Of a stretch of 64,000 bases of DNA, positions 9,065 to 18,173 are shown piece by piece. Position 1 is the stretch's first letter. The number at the start of each line of letters is the position of its first letter. Under the pieces are notes generated by a model. The model was given only the letters and a program-made list of their open reading frames with translations, made no database searches and had not been told where the DNA came from. The DNA is from Burkholderiaceae bacterium (GTDB taxonomy: Bacteria > Pseudomonadota > Gammaproteobacteria > Burkholderiales > Burkholderiaceae_D). Location: contig JBEKVI010000021.1 in NCBI GenBank assembly GCA_049514215.1, positions 1 through 64,000 of the forward strand. Reading direction: 5' to 3'. A program made the position numbers and the translations under genes.

Positions 9065-10783
9065 ATGGTCGCGTTGACGACCCGCGAATACGCGCGTTTA
9101 TTCCTGCCCAAACTCGTCACCGTGCTGCGCGAGGGCTACGGCCTGCGCGATCTGCGGGCCGACACGCTGGCCGGGCTTACGGTCGCGATCGTCGCGCTCC
9201 CGCTGGCCATGGCGCTTGCGATCGCAAGCGGGGCGTCGCCGGAAAAGGGCATCTATACGGCGATCGTGGCCGGATTCCTGGTTTCCGCCTTGGGCGGCTC
9301 ACGGGTGCAGATCGGGGGACCCACGGCGGCGTTCATTCCGGTGGTCTTCGGGGTCATCCAGCGCTTCGGATTCGGTGGCTTGATCCTGTGCACGCTTCTA
9401 GCCGGGATCCTCTTGATCGCGGCCGGGCTGCTCAGACTGGGTACGCTCATGAAGTACATGCCTCAACCCGTGATCACGGGCTTTACCGCGGGCATTGCCG
9501 TGAGCATCTTCAGCAGCCAGGTGAAAGACGCCCTGGGCCTGTCGATGGATCAGGTGCCGGCCGAGTTCGTCGATCGCTGGGCTGCCTATGCCGCCCATGT
9601 GACCACGGTCCAACCCGCGGCCTTGTTTTTGACGGTCTTCTCGCTCGTGGTGATCTTCGCGCTGCGGCGCTATCGGCCACAGTGGCCGGGCTTCCTCGTT
9701 GCGGTCGTCTTGTGCACGCTCATTGCGGCCGGCCTTCATTTCTCCGTCGACACCATCGGCACGCGCTTTGGCGGTCTGCCCTCGAGTCTGCCGGTTTTCG
9801 CAATTCCGAGGATCCCCTTCGAGCGTACCGGGGAGCTCTTGCGCAGCTCCTTTACCATCGCCTTTCTGGCCGGGGTCGAATCGCTCTTGTCCGCGGTCGT
9901 GGCCGACGGTATGACCGGGGGGCGCCACCGTTCCAATGCCGAACTCGTGGCCCAGGGCGTGGCTAATATTGGGTCGGCGGTTTTCGGAGGACTTCCAGCC
10001 ACGGGCGCCATCGCGCGGACCGTCACCAATATCCGTACCGGTGGCCGCACGCCTGTGGCCGGCATTACGCATGCCTTTTTCCTGCTCATTTTCGTTCTGC
10101 TCCTCGGGCCCTACATGCGCTACGTCCCGCTCGCGGCGCTGGCTGGCGTGCTGCTCGTCGTGGCGTGGAACATGAGCGAGATCGAACAGTTCCGTCAGAC
10201 CCTGTCGGCACCACGCGGCGACTGGTCGGTGCTGATTCTGACCTTTGTCCTGACGGTGGCGTTCGATCTGACGCTCGCAGTCGAGGCCGGACTCGTGGTG
10301 TCTTCGTTCGTCTTCATGTTTCGCATGTCGCAAAGCGTCGAGGTGGCAGCCGGTCGCGGCACGAGCGAGGCGATCGAGAGCGAGGACAATGACGGAGAGG
10401 ATCCGACCCAGCGCTTAAGACTGCCGGCCAACGTCGAGGTCTACCAGATTACCGGACCTCTATTTTTCGGCACGGCAAGCCGGATGGATGCGCTCCTGGA
10501 TCAATTCCAACGCCGTCCGAAAGCGCTCATCCTGCGCATGTCGCTCGTGCCGCTGGTCGACGCGACGGGAGTGCACGCCCTAAAGGGATTGTGCGATCGT
10601 TGCCGGCGCACGCACATCACGCTCGTCATCGAAGGTTTGCAAGCCCAGCCGCGTCGCGTCGTGGACCAGATGCACCTGACCGAGCGCGCGGGTGACTTCT
10701 ATCTCGTCAACGACTACGAAGCCGCCCTTGCGCTGGTCGCAGCCGAGATCAAGCCTGGCGTGGCCGCGGCTTCGAAGGCTTGA
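9065..10783 (+). CDS. SulP-family anion (sulfate/bicarbonate) permease with C-terminal STAS domain
   Basis: Starts at MVALTTREYARLFLPKL after GGAGG. Multiple TM segments. The C-terminus (LRMSLVPLVDATGVHALKGL) is STAS-like. Confidence 0.85.
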   Translation: MVALTTREYARLFLPKLVTVLREGYGLRDLRADTLAGLTVAIVALPLAMALAIASGASPEKGIYTAIVAGFLVSALGGSRVQIGGPTAAFIPVVFGVIQRFGFGGLILCTLLAGILLIAAGLLRLGTLMKYMPQPVITGFTAGIAVSIFSSQVKDALGLSMDQVPAEFVDRWAAYAAHVTTVQPAALFLTVFSLVVIFALRRYRPQWPGFLVAVVLCTLIAAGLHFSVDTIGTRFGGLPSSLPVFAIPRIPFERTGELLRSSFTIAFLAGVESLLSAVVADGMTGGRHRSNAELVAQGVANIGSAVFGGLPATGAIARTVTNIRTGGRTPVAGITHAFFLLIFVLLLGPYMRYVPLAALAGVLLVVAWNMSEIEQFRQTLSAPRGDWSVLILTFVLTVAFDLTLAVEAGLVVSSFVFMFRMSQSVEVAAGRGTSEAIESEDNDGEDPTQRLRLPANVEVYQITGPLFFGTASRMDALLDQFQRRPKALILRMSLVPLVDATGVHALKGLCDRCRRTHITLVIEGLQAQPRRVVDQMHLTERAGDFYLVNDYEAALALVAAEIKPGVAAASKA

Positions 10784-10910
10784 CGGGGCCCGTTCCTGGC
10801 GGGCCGTGTCAGCACGCCCGTCGCGCCAACGCCCGCAGCGGCGGCGTCGTATCGATTCGACGTGGCCTGCGCCTCGCATTAAGATGGCGGCACAACTCTG
10901 GAGACGATTC

Positions 10911-11441
10911 ATGCATTTGCTCGGGCCCGATGTATCCCGGCGCCGGTTATTGCTAGCGGGGATCACGGCAGCGGCAGCCAGCGCCAGTCGCTTTTGCCTC
11001 GCCGCGGACGCCGCGGGGGCGAATGCGCCGCCGGCTGCGACCCCGTCGGCAACGGACACGCCCGCCCAAGCCGTGACGCAGCAGTGGGCCCGGTTCTGGA
11101 ACGCCGAGTCGCTCGATGCGCTCATGGCGCTCTACGCCAAAGACGGCGAGTTCTATCCGACCTCGGGCGAGCGCGTGACCGGAACGAGCGCGATCCGTGC
11201 TCTGTTTCAGGATGCACTGGCCGCCAACAAGCCCGTCATCCAGATGACGAGTGTGACCAGTGCGCGCTCGGGGACTCTCGCCTTCGATAGCGGAGATTAC
11301 GTCGAGATCATCACGAAAAGGGCCAACGGGACCGCCTTTCCGGTCACGGGCCGCTATCTTTTCGTCGTGCGCCAAGCCAGTGGCGGCCACTGGCTCATTG
11401 CCCAGCAGATGTGGACGGAAGGTCCGCAAAAGGCCAAGTAG
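10911..11441 (+). CDS. Secreted NTF2-like / SnoaL-like (DUF4440-type) protein
   Basis: GGAGA RBS 9 nt upstream. Twin-arginine-like signal RRRLLLAGITAAAASASRF. Domain WARFWNAESLDALMALYAKDGEFY...GGHWLIAQQMW. Confidence 0.6.
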   Translation: MHLLGPDVSRRRLLLAGITAAAASASRFCLAADAAGANAPPAATPSATDTPAQAVTQQWARFWNAESLDALMALYAKDGEFYPTSGERVTGTSAIRALFQDALAANKPVIQMTSVTSARSGTLAFDSGDYVEIITKRANGTAFPVTGRYLFVVRQASGGHWLIAQQMWTEGPQKAK

Positions 11442-11463
11442 GAACGGTCCGCCCGGCGGCGTC

Positions 11464-12951
11464 CTACTCCTCGGGAGCGCCGATCGCCTCGAACAGCGCC
11501 GCCGTGTCGAGTAGCCGCGCACTGGCGCTGTCGATCTGATTGGTCCGCTCCTCCTGCCAGGTCTGCTCGCTGTTGACCACGGCCAGGATCGTCTCGCTTC
11601 CGAGGCGGTAGCGGCGTTCGGTTTCCTCGAAGAAGTTGCGCGCCGCACCTTCGGCACCCTTTCTTTCGGATTCGAGGTGGGCATCTTCCTCGAGGGTGCG
11701 CAAGGCATCGGCTACATTTTGGAACGCACGCAAGACAGCCGAGCGGTAGCGCTCGCGCGCCGACTCGAGGTCATCCTGGGCCTGCCTTTGACGCGCGCGC
11801 AGCGAGCCGCCCGCGAACAGCGGCTGAGTCACCCCGGCCGCGAGGCCCCAGACCGTGGTCGGGCTACGCAGGAATTCGCCACGCGTGAAGCTTTCCGATC
11901 CATAGGTGCCGGTCAGACTGATCTGGGGGTACAGATTGGCGGTGGCCAGACCGAGCTTGGCATTGGCTGCATGCAGGCTGGCCTCGGAGGCCAGGATGTC
12001 AGGCCGGGTATGCACGAGTTCGGAGGGCACGCTGATCGGAAGATCGGAGGGCAGCGTAAGACTTGCGAAGGGAAGATCCTCGGGCGCTTGTTCCGGCGTG
12101 CGGCCCAGAAGGACTGCAAGCGCGTGGCGGTCGTGCGCCCACTGCGTGCGAAGCGGAGACAGCGCGGCAGCTGCAGTCTCCTTCGCGCGCAGAGCATCGA
12201 GCACGTCGCGGTGCGGGGCGGCCCCCAGGGCGTAACGCTGGCGGGTCAGGGCTTCGGCCGTGCGGGCCAGCTCGACCAAGCGCTCGGTCGCCTGGATCTC
12301 CTCGTGGAGCGCGGCAGCGCGAATCGCCGTCATGACGATATTGCCCGCGAGCACCTGGCGCGCGGCGCGCAACTCGAGTGCCTGCATCTCGACTTGTGCG
12401 CGACTGGCCTCGTTGGCGCGGCGAATGCCGCCAAAGAGGTCGAGGTCATATCCCACGTTGATCACGCCCGCATAGAGCTTGTAGATGGAGGTGGGTGGAC
12501 CAAAGTCGGGAAGCCCGATGGAGCGCTCGTGCGCGAGTTCCCCCGAAAGGCTCGCATAAGGCAACTCGGAGGATCCGACCTGGGCCGAAAGTGCTTCTCT
12601 TGCGCCAAGCAGAGATGACGTCGCGCTCGCGATATCGGCGTTGTGGGCGAGCCCCTCTTCGACCAGGGCGTCCAGCGTCTTCGAGTGGTAGGCCTGCCAC
12701 CAGCGCACGGGTGGCGCGCCAAAGGAAATGACCTGCGGACTGTCCAAGCCAGGGGAGAGGTCCGGCGGCGTCGCATCTGCGGTGTAGTGCGTGCTTGGAG
12801 GCGCTTGGGGTCGCTCAAAATCAGGGCCTACCGCACAACCCGCGATGCACCAGGCCAAGGTCAGAAATGGGGCCCAGTATGGCGTGCGCTGTGCGGCGAG
12901 CCCAACGGCTCTCCTGCCCACCTTTGCAAGACGCTCGCGCGTATCGCTCAT
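11464..12951 (-). CDS. RND efflux outer-membrane factor lipoprotein (NodT/OprM family)
   Basis: Lipobox IAGCAVGPDF, typical OMF length (495 aa). ATGA overlap with the upstream RND gene. Confidence 0.85.
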   Translation of the reverse strand: MSDTRERLAKVGRRAVGLAAQRTPYWAPFLTLAWCIAGCAVGPDFERPQAPPSTHYTADATPPDLSPGLDSPQVISFGAPPVRWWQAYHSKTLDALVEEGLAHNADIASATSSLLGAREALSAQVGSSELPYASLSGELAHERSIGLPDFGPPTSIYKLYAGVINVGYDLDLFGGIRRANEASRAQVEMQALELRAARQVLAGNIVMTAIRAAALHEEIQATERLVELARTAEALTRQRYALGAAPHRDVLDALRAKETAAAALSPLRTQWAHDRHALAVLLGRTPEQAPEDLPFASLTLPSDLPISVPSELVHTRPDILASEASLHAANAKLGLATANLYPQISLTGTYGSESFTRGEFLRSPTTVWGLAAGVTQPLFAGGSLRARQRQAQDDLESARERYRSAVLRAFQNVADALRTLEEDAHLESERKGAEGAARNFFEETERRYRLGSETILAVVNSEQTWQEERTNQIDSASARLLDTAALFEAIGAPEE

Positions 12952-15900
12952 GGTGCAAGCGGCGCGTTGATCTCGTCGGCCCCAACGCGGAACCAGGCGG
13001 CGTAGAGCGCCGGCAGATAAAAGAGCGTCAGAACGGTCGCAACCGTGATCCCCCCCATGAGTGCCGTTGCCATCGGACCGAAAAAATTGCTGCGCAAGAG
13101 CGGAATCAAGGCCAGTACGGCGGCTGCGGCAGTCAGGGTGATGGGTCTAAAGCGCCTGACCGTGGCCCCGATGATCGCCTCCCAGCGCGGGATGCCGGCT
13201 CGAATGTCCTCATCGATCTGGTGCACGAGGATGACCGAGTTGCGCATGATGATTCCAAACATGGCGATGATCCCCAAGAGCGCCACAAAGCCGAACGGTT
13301 TGCCAAAAGCCAAGAGCGCCGCGACGACGCCGATCAATCCCAGCGGAGCGGTCAAGACCACCATGAGTACACGCGAGAGGCTTTGCAGCTGCAGCATGAG
13401 CAAGGTGAGCACCACAAGGACCATGATGGGCATCTGCGCGTTGATCGATGACTGCGCCTTGCCGTTTTCCTCAACGGCGCCGCCGATTTCGATGTGGTAC
13501 CCGAACGGCAGCCGGCTGCGGAGACCGGTCAGGCGCTGATCGATCTCATGCGTGACATCGATCGGCTGCACGGATGGAATCGTGTCCGACTGGACCGTGA
13601 TCGTCGGCTGCCGGTCGCGTTCCCAAACCACCCCGTATTCGAGCGTATTGGTGACGTGCACCAGCTGCGCCAGAGGGATGATGGCTCCAGAGGGCGCGCG
13701 AAGCGTCAAAGATCCGATCGTATCGGGGTCGACGCGCTGCGCCGGCAAGGCGCGCAGATCCACCGCGATGAGCTTGTCACGCTCCCGGTATTGCGTGACC
13801 GTCATGCCAGTGAGCGTCAGATTCAAGAAACGGGCGACATCGTCGGAACTCAGGCCCACCAGGCTTGCCTTGGCCTGGTCGATCTCGAGTCGCACGCTGC
13901 GCTCGGCCGGTTCATCCCAGTCGAACTGCACGTTCGCAAGTCTGGAGTCGGCACGCATGAGTTCGGCAAGCTCATCGGCGATCCTGCGCACCGTTCCGAT
14001 CTCTTTTCCCTTGACGCGAAAGCGCACCGGAAATCCCACCGGAGGGCCGCTCTCCAGGCGGGTGATCCGTCCATGGGCTGCGCTAAAGTCCGAGCGCAGC
14101 CTTTGAGCCAGCCAGCGCGCCAGCGACTCGCGCTGAGCGACACTGCCGGTCGTCACGAGAAATTGGGCAAAATTCGGTTGCGCGAGCTGCTGGTCAAGTG
14201 GCAGGTAGAAGCGAGGGGCACCCGAGCCGACGAAACTGGCGAAGTTGACGATTTCGGAGCGCGCATTCAGAAGCGCTTCCATCCGCTTGACGAGCTCGAG
14301 CGTGGCGTTAATCGAGGCCCCCTCGGGGAGCCTCAGGTCGATAAGAAGCTCGGGGCGATCCGAACTCGGGAAGAACTGCTTGGGGATCTGGCCAAAGCCG
14401 GCCATTGCGACTGCGAAGAGCACGATCGTGATGAAAAGGACCACGAAGCGGCGCTTGACGCACCAGTTCAAAACGACCCGCAGCCGGCTGTAGAAGGGCG
14501 TGTCGTAGACGTCGGGTTCTCCGTCGTGCGTGACCTTTTGGACGAAGTTCGCAGGTCTTGGCGCCGGCCGCAAGGCGCTGGGAACGAAGCGATGCCACCA
14601 GGGGGCCACACGCGTAGCTCCGGGCGCCAGCGCACCATGTCCGTCGGGCAGCAGGTAGTAGCCCAGAAGCGGGATGATGATCACTGCTGCAAGCCAGGAG
14701 ATGATCAAGGCAATCGCCGAGACCTCGAATATGGAGCGCGTGTATTCACCGGTTCCCGACCGGGCCAGCGCGATCGGCAGAAATCCGGCGGTGGTCACAA
14801 GCGTGCCCGTGAGCATCGGAAAGGCCGTGCTCTGGTAGGCGAAGGCCGCCGCGCGCGTGCGTTCCCATCCCTGCTCGAGCTTGACCTTCATCATCTCGAT
14901 GGCAATGATGGCATCGTCGACCAGAAGGCCCAGCGCAAGGATGAGCGTCCCCAGGGACACCTTGTGCAATCCGACGTCAAACGAGCGCATGAGCCACGCT
15001 GTTGCCGCAAGGACAAAGGGAATCGCGATGACCACGACCAGTCCGGTACGTACTCCGAGGCTGACCAGGCTCACCAGCAGCACGATCCCGATGGCCTCGG
15101 CGACGGCCTCCGCGAAGTCGTCGACCGAGCGCGCGACCGCATGCGGCATGCTCGTGACTTCGACAAGCTTTAGACCCGCCGGCAGACGCTGACCGAGCCG
15201 CTTGACCTCGGCATCGAGCGCGTGTCCGAGCTGGATCACGTCGCCTGCCGGTTGCATTGCAATGCCGATGCCCAAGACGGTCTGGCCGTCGACGCGCATG
15301 AGTTGAGCGGGAGGATCGTCATAGCCGCGGCGGATCGTGGCGATATCGGCCAGACGCACCGGCCGGCCATTGATCCGAAGCATGGCTTCGCCGATGTCTG
15401 ACACCTGTTCGAATTGACCGGAGGTGCGCACATAGACGCGGTCTCCGGCTGCCGTGTAGGTGCCCGAAGGGCCCACGGCGTTCTGGTGGCCAAGCGCTTC
15501 TGCGATGTTCTCCAGCGAGAGCCCCAAGCGTGCGATTTTCGCGTTGTCGAGTTCGACGTAGATGCGCTGGGTCTGATCGGCGATGAAGTCGATCTTGGCA
15601 ACATTTTCGATCGGCAGGAGCTCGGCACGGATCTGCTCGGCGTAGTCGTGCAGCTGGGCAGGCGAATATCCGTCGCCTTCGAGCGCGTAGAGATTCGTAT
15701 AGACGTCTCCGAACTCGTCATTGAAGAACGGACCGATCACCCCGGAGGGCAATGTGGCGAGGATGTCGGCTACCTTTTTTCGGACCTGGTACCAGGTGTA
15801 TGGGACCTCCTGGGGTGGCGCCGAGTCCTTGATGTTGAAAAACAGCTGTGACTCTCCGGGTCGGGAGTAGCTGCGGATAAAGTCGACGTTGGGCGTTTCC

Positions 15901-16127
15901 TGGAGCTTGCGCGCGATGCGGTCGGTCACTTCCTCTTGCATCTGGCGCGCCGTTGCCCCGGGCCAATAGGTTTGCACGACCATGACCTTGAACGTGAAAG
16001 GCGGGTCTTCAGACTGGGACAGACGGGTATAGGAGATTGCGCCCAGGATCGCCACGACGACCATGACGTAGATGACCAAGGCCCGGTGGCGTAGTGACCA
16101 CGCCGAGAGGTTCCAGCGCTCGTTCAC
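12948..16127 (-). CDS. RND efflux transporter permease subunit (AcrB/HAE1-like)
   Basis: 1059 aa with 12-TM RND architecture. N-terminus colinear with AcrB-type pumps. ATGA overlap with the MFP gene. Confidence 0.9.
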   Translation of the reverse strand: MNERWNLSAWSLRHRALVIYVMVVVAILGAISYTRLSQSEDPPFTFKVMVVQTYWPGATARQMQEEVTDRIARKLQETPNVDFIRSYSRPGESQLFFNIKDSAPPQEVPYTWYQVRKKVADILATLPSGVIGPFFNDEFGDVYTNLYALEGDGYSPAQLHDYAEQIRAELLPIENVAKIDFIADQTQRIYVELDNAKIARLGLSLENIAEALGHQNAVGPSGTYTAAGDRVYVRTSGQFEQVSDIGEAMLRINGRPVRLADIATIRRGYDDPPAQLMRVDGQTVLGIGIAMQPAGDVIQLGHALDAEVKRLGQRLPAGLKLVEVTSMPHAVARSVDDFAEAVAEAIGIVLLVSLVSLGVRTGLVVVIAIPFVLAATAWLMRSFDVGLHKVSLGTLILALGLLVDDAIIAIEMMKVKLEQGWERTRAAAFAYQSTAFPMLTGTLVTTAGFLPIALARSGTGEYTRSIFEVSAIALIISWLAAVIIIPLLGYYLLPDGHGALAPGATRVAPWWHRFVPSALRPAPRPANFVQKVTHDGEPDVYDTPFYSRLRVVLNWCVKRRFVVLFITIVLFAVAMAGFGQIPKQFFPSSDRPELLIDLRLPEGASINATLELVKRMEALLNARSEIVNFASFVGSGAPRFYLPLDQQLAQPNFAQFLVTTGSVAQRESLARWLAQRLRSDFSAAHGRITRLESGPPVGFPVRFRVKGKEIGTVRRIADELAELMRADSRLANVQFDWDEPAERSVRLEIDQAKASLVGLSSDDVARFLNLTLTGMTVTQYRERDKLIAVDLRALPAQRVDPDTIGSLTLRAPSGAIIPLAQLVHVTNTLEYGVVWERDRQPTITVQSDTIPSVQPIDVTHEIDQRLTGLRSRLPFGYHIEIGGAVEENGKAQSSINAQMPIMVLVVLTLLMLQLQSLSRVLMVVLTAPLGLIGVVAALLAFGKPFGFVALLGIIAMFGIIMRNSVILVHQIDEDIRAGIPRWEAIIGATVRRFRPITLTAAAAVLALIPLLRSNFFGPMATALMGGITVATVLTLFYLPALYAAWFRVGADEINAPLAP

Positions 16128-17269
16128 GGCCGTGCGGTTGCGAAGTCCGAAGTCTGTGGCGAGACGACCTGGCCCGCGTTGACGGTGTGAACTCCCTGAG
16201 CGACGATTTCTTCTCCGGCCCGGATCCCGTCGGACAGATCAACGACTTCAGCGCCATAGCGCGCAATCGAGACCTTGCGCAGTTCGAGTTTGCGGTCTGC
16301 CGGATGGATCACCCAGACCGCGGTCGCGTCGCCCTGGTGAAACAGGGCGGATGCGGGGATCCGGAACACGGTCGTGGCTCGGGCGTTGGCCAGCCGCGCG
16401 CTGGCCGTCATCCCGAGACGGACCTCGGGCGCTTCGCCCTCGAGCGCGAGCTTGACGCGATAGGTCCGGCTCTGAGGGTCGGAGGCTTCGGCCAGTTCGC
16501 GAACGTGCGCAACATAGGAGCGACCCGGCAGTGATCCGAGGGTCACGATGGCTTGGGCCTTGGGGGCAAATGCGGCAATACCCTCCTCTGGGACATCGAT
16601 GAGAATGTCCTTCTCACCACCCCAGGCGAACCCGAACACGGCCTGACCGGGTCCAACCACACTGCCGACCTCGGCCAGTTCTGCCGTGATCACGCCATCG
16701 CTTGGCGCAGCCAGCGTGGTATAGCGTGCCTGGTTTTGCGCGAGCGCAATCTGTTGCCGGCTTTGTTCGAGTTCGGCCCGTCGCACCGCCAGGTCGGCTG
16801 CGCTTTGATCGTGTTCGGCGTGGCTGATGAGATCGGCCTGGGCTTGCTGTCCATTGCGCGCCTCGATCTGGCCGGCCAGCGTGAGACGCTCCTCGGCCAC
16901 ACGCGCGGCGGCCAGTGACTGGGCCAGATTGGCTTGGGAGTCGGCCTGGTCGAGTACGGCCAGCGCTTGCCCCACGCGCACCTTCTCGCCCAGATGCGCG
17001 TGCCGGGCCTTCAGTTGGCCCGCGATCCGAAACGACAGGGGTGTCTCGAAATGCGAGCGAACCTCGCCCGCGTAGACCACACTTTCGCCCGCCGGTGCGG
17101 CGAGAACCGTGGCCGAGAGGATGGGCTGAGGGCTCTCGTTTGCAACCGGGGACTTGGAGCAGGCGGCAAGGACGAGGGCAACCCACAGGAAGGCGGTGGC
17201 GCACACGAGGCGGCCGACGGCGTTGCCTGCGGGCTCGCGGAATCGATTGTGCCATTGGACCAACCCCAT
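16124..17269 (-). CDS. RND efflux periplasmic adaptor (membrane fusion protein)
   Basis: Signal/lipobox LAACSKSP, coiled-coil hairpin (QANLAQSLAAARVAEERL...), beta-barrel domain. Confidence 0.85.
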   Translation of the reverse strand: MGLVQWHNRFREPAGNAVGRLVCATAFLWVALVLAACSKSPVANESPQPILSATVLAAPAGESVVYAGEVRSHFETPLSFRIAGQLKARHAHLGEKVRVGQALAVLDQADSQANLAQSLAAARVAEERLTLAGQIEARNGQQAQADLISHAEHDQSAADLAVRRAELEQSRQQIALAQNQARYTTLAAPSDGVITAELAEVGSVVGPGQAVFGFAWGGEKDILIDVPEEGIAAFAPKAQAIVTLGSLPGRSYVAHVRELAEASDPQSRTYRVKLALEGEAPEVRLGMTASARLANARATTVFRIPASALFHQGDATAVWVIHPADRKLELRKVSIARYGAEVVDLSDGIRAGEEIVAQGVHTVNAGQVVSPQTSDFATARP

Positions 17270-17329
17270 GCTGACCTCGCAAGAACCTGTCGAATGCGCG
17301 CTGCTGCGGCGCGGAAGGATCTCGCGAAA

Positions 17330-17360
17330 GTTATATAATCATTGAACAGTTGTCAATGAT
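17330..17360 (-). promoter_or_regulatory. TetR-type operator palindrome ATCATTGA-N7-TCAATGAT overlapping a sigma70-like promoter (minus strand TTGACA ... TATAAC) for the efflux operon
   Basis: Perfect 8-bp arms at 17338-17345 and 17353-17360. Minus-strand reading gives TTGACA-N15-TATAAC. Sits between the tetR stop (17360-17362) and the MFP start (17269). Confidence 0.55.
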
Positions 17361-18028
17361 TAGTTATGGCTTCGGCGCACGATTCCGTGAAACTGGATTT
17401 CGATCAGTTTTGCGACGAGCTCTTTCTTGCTCGCCCAGGGAAAGCCCGTCATGGTGTTGAGCAGCGCGACCAAACCATGGCCGGCCGCCCAGAGGCACTG
17501 GGCGACCACCGCCGGCTCGAAGTTGAGCTCGCCCCTGCGTCCGATGAGCGCGATGTGCTCTTGCAGCAGGAGAAAACACTGAATGCCCTGGGGCTGCATT
17601 TCCGCGGGCAAATCCATGTTCTTGGCCTCGGTATGGTCGTCATGTCGGCTCAACATGAAAGCGATACGATATTCGTCACTGTGCTCGAGCCCGAACTCGA
17701 CGTACGCTTGCATGAGAAGGCGCAACTTCTCCAGGGGCTCGCCTTCCCCTTCGGTGACCTTGCGAAACAGACCCACAAGCTTGGTAAAGCAGCGTTCGCA
17801 CAGCGCATCGAGGATGGCATCCTTGGTCGGAAAGTAAACGTAGAGCGTCGTCTGCGAGATCCCAAGCGCGTCGGCGATGCGACGCGTCGAGACGCTCTCA
17901 AAGCCGTGCTCCACAAAAAGCCGGGCGGCCGCGCCTAGGATCTCATCGCGCCGCTCATGGCCCCGGCCCCGCGGCTTACGCTGCCCGGGTTCGCTCAAGA
18001 AGATGCTCGATTGGTGTTCTTTGGTCAT
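17360..18028 (-). CDS. TetR/AcrR family transcriptional repressor
   Basis: HTH ILGAAARLFVEHGFESVSTRRIADALGISQTTLYVYFPTKDAI. Start at MTKEHQ. Directly upstream of the efflux operon. Confidence 0.85.
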   Translation of the reverse strand: MTKEHQSSIFLSEPGQRKPRGRGHERRDEILGAAARLFVEHGFESVSTRRIADALGISQTTLYVYFPTKDAILDALCERCFTKLVGLFRKVTEGEGEPLEKLRLLMQAYVEFGLEHSDEYRIAFMLSRHDDHTEAKNMDLPAEMQPQGIQCFLLLQEHIALIGRRGELNFEPAVVAQCLWAAGHGLVALLNTMTGFPWASKKELVAKLIEIQFHGIVRRSHN

Positions 18029-18173
18029 GTTGGCTTCCTCGGAGCAAAGCGCCCAGAGGTTTCGGGTTTCCTTTTTTTTAGTGTACAGCGCAAGCCCCTG
18101 CACAGGTCCAGCGCGCGTGATGATCTGAAACCCGGCAGGCTCGCCTCGCCCGCGCAACACCCAGGCCCTCAGT

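Noticed and set aside
10784-10830. Possible hairpin GGCCCG-N7-CGGGCC after sulP
   Set aside because: Only 6-bp stem, no U-tract. Insufficient for an intrinsic terminator call.
13494-15173. 559-aa plus-strand ORF (plus 13045..13539 and 13552..14106)
   Set aside because: Antisense to the RND pump gene. Composition is dominated by R/D/G/H. The coding signal is fully explained by the minus-strand transporter.
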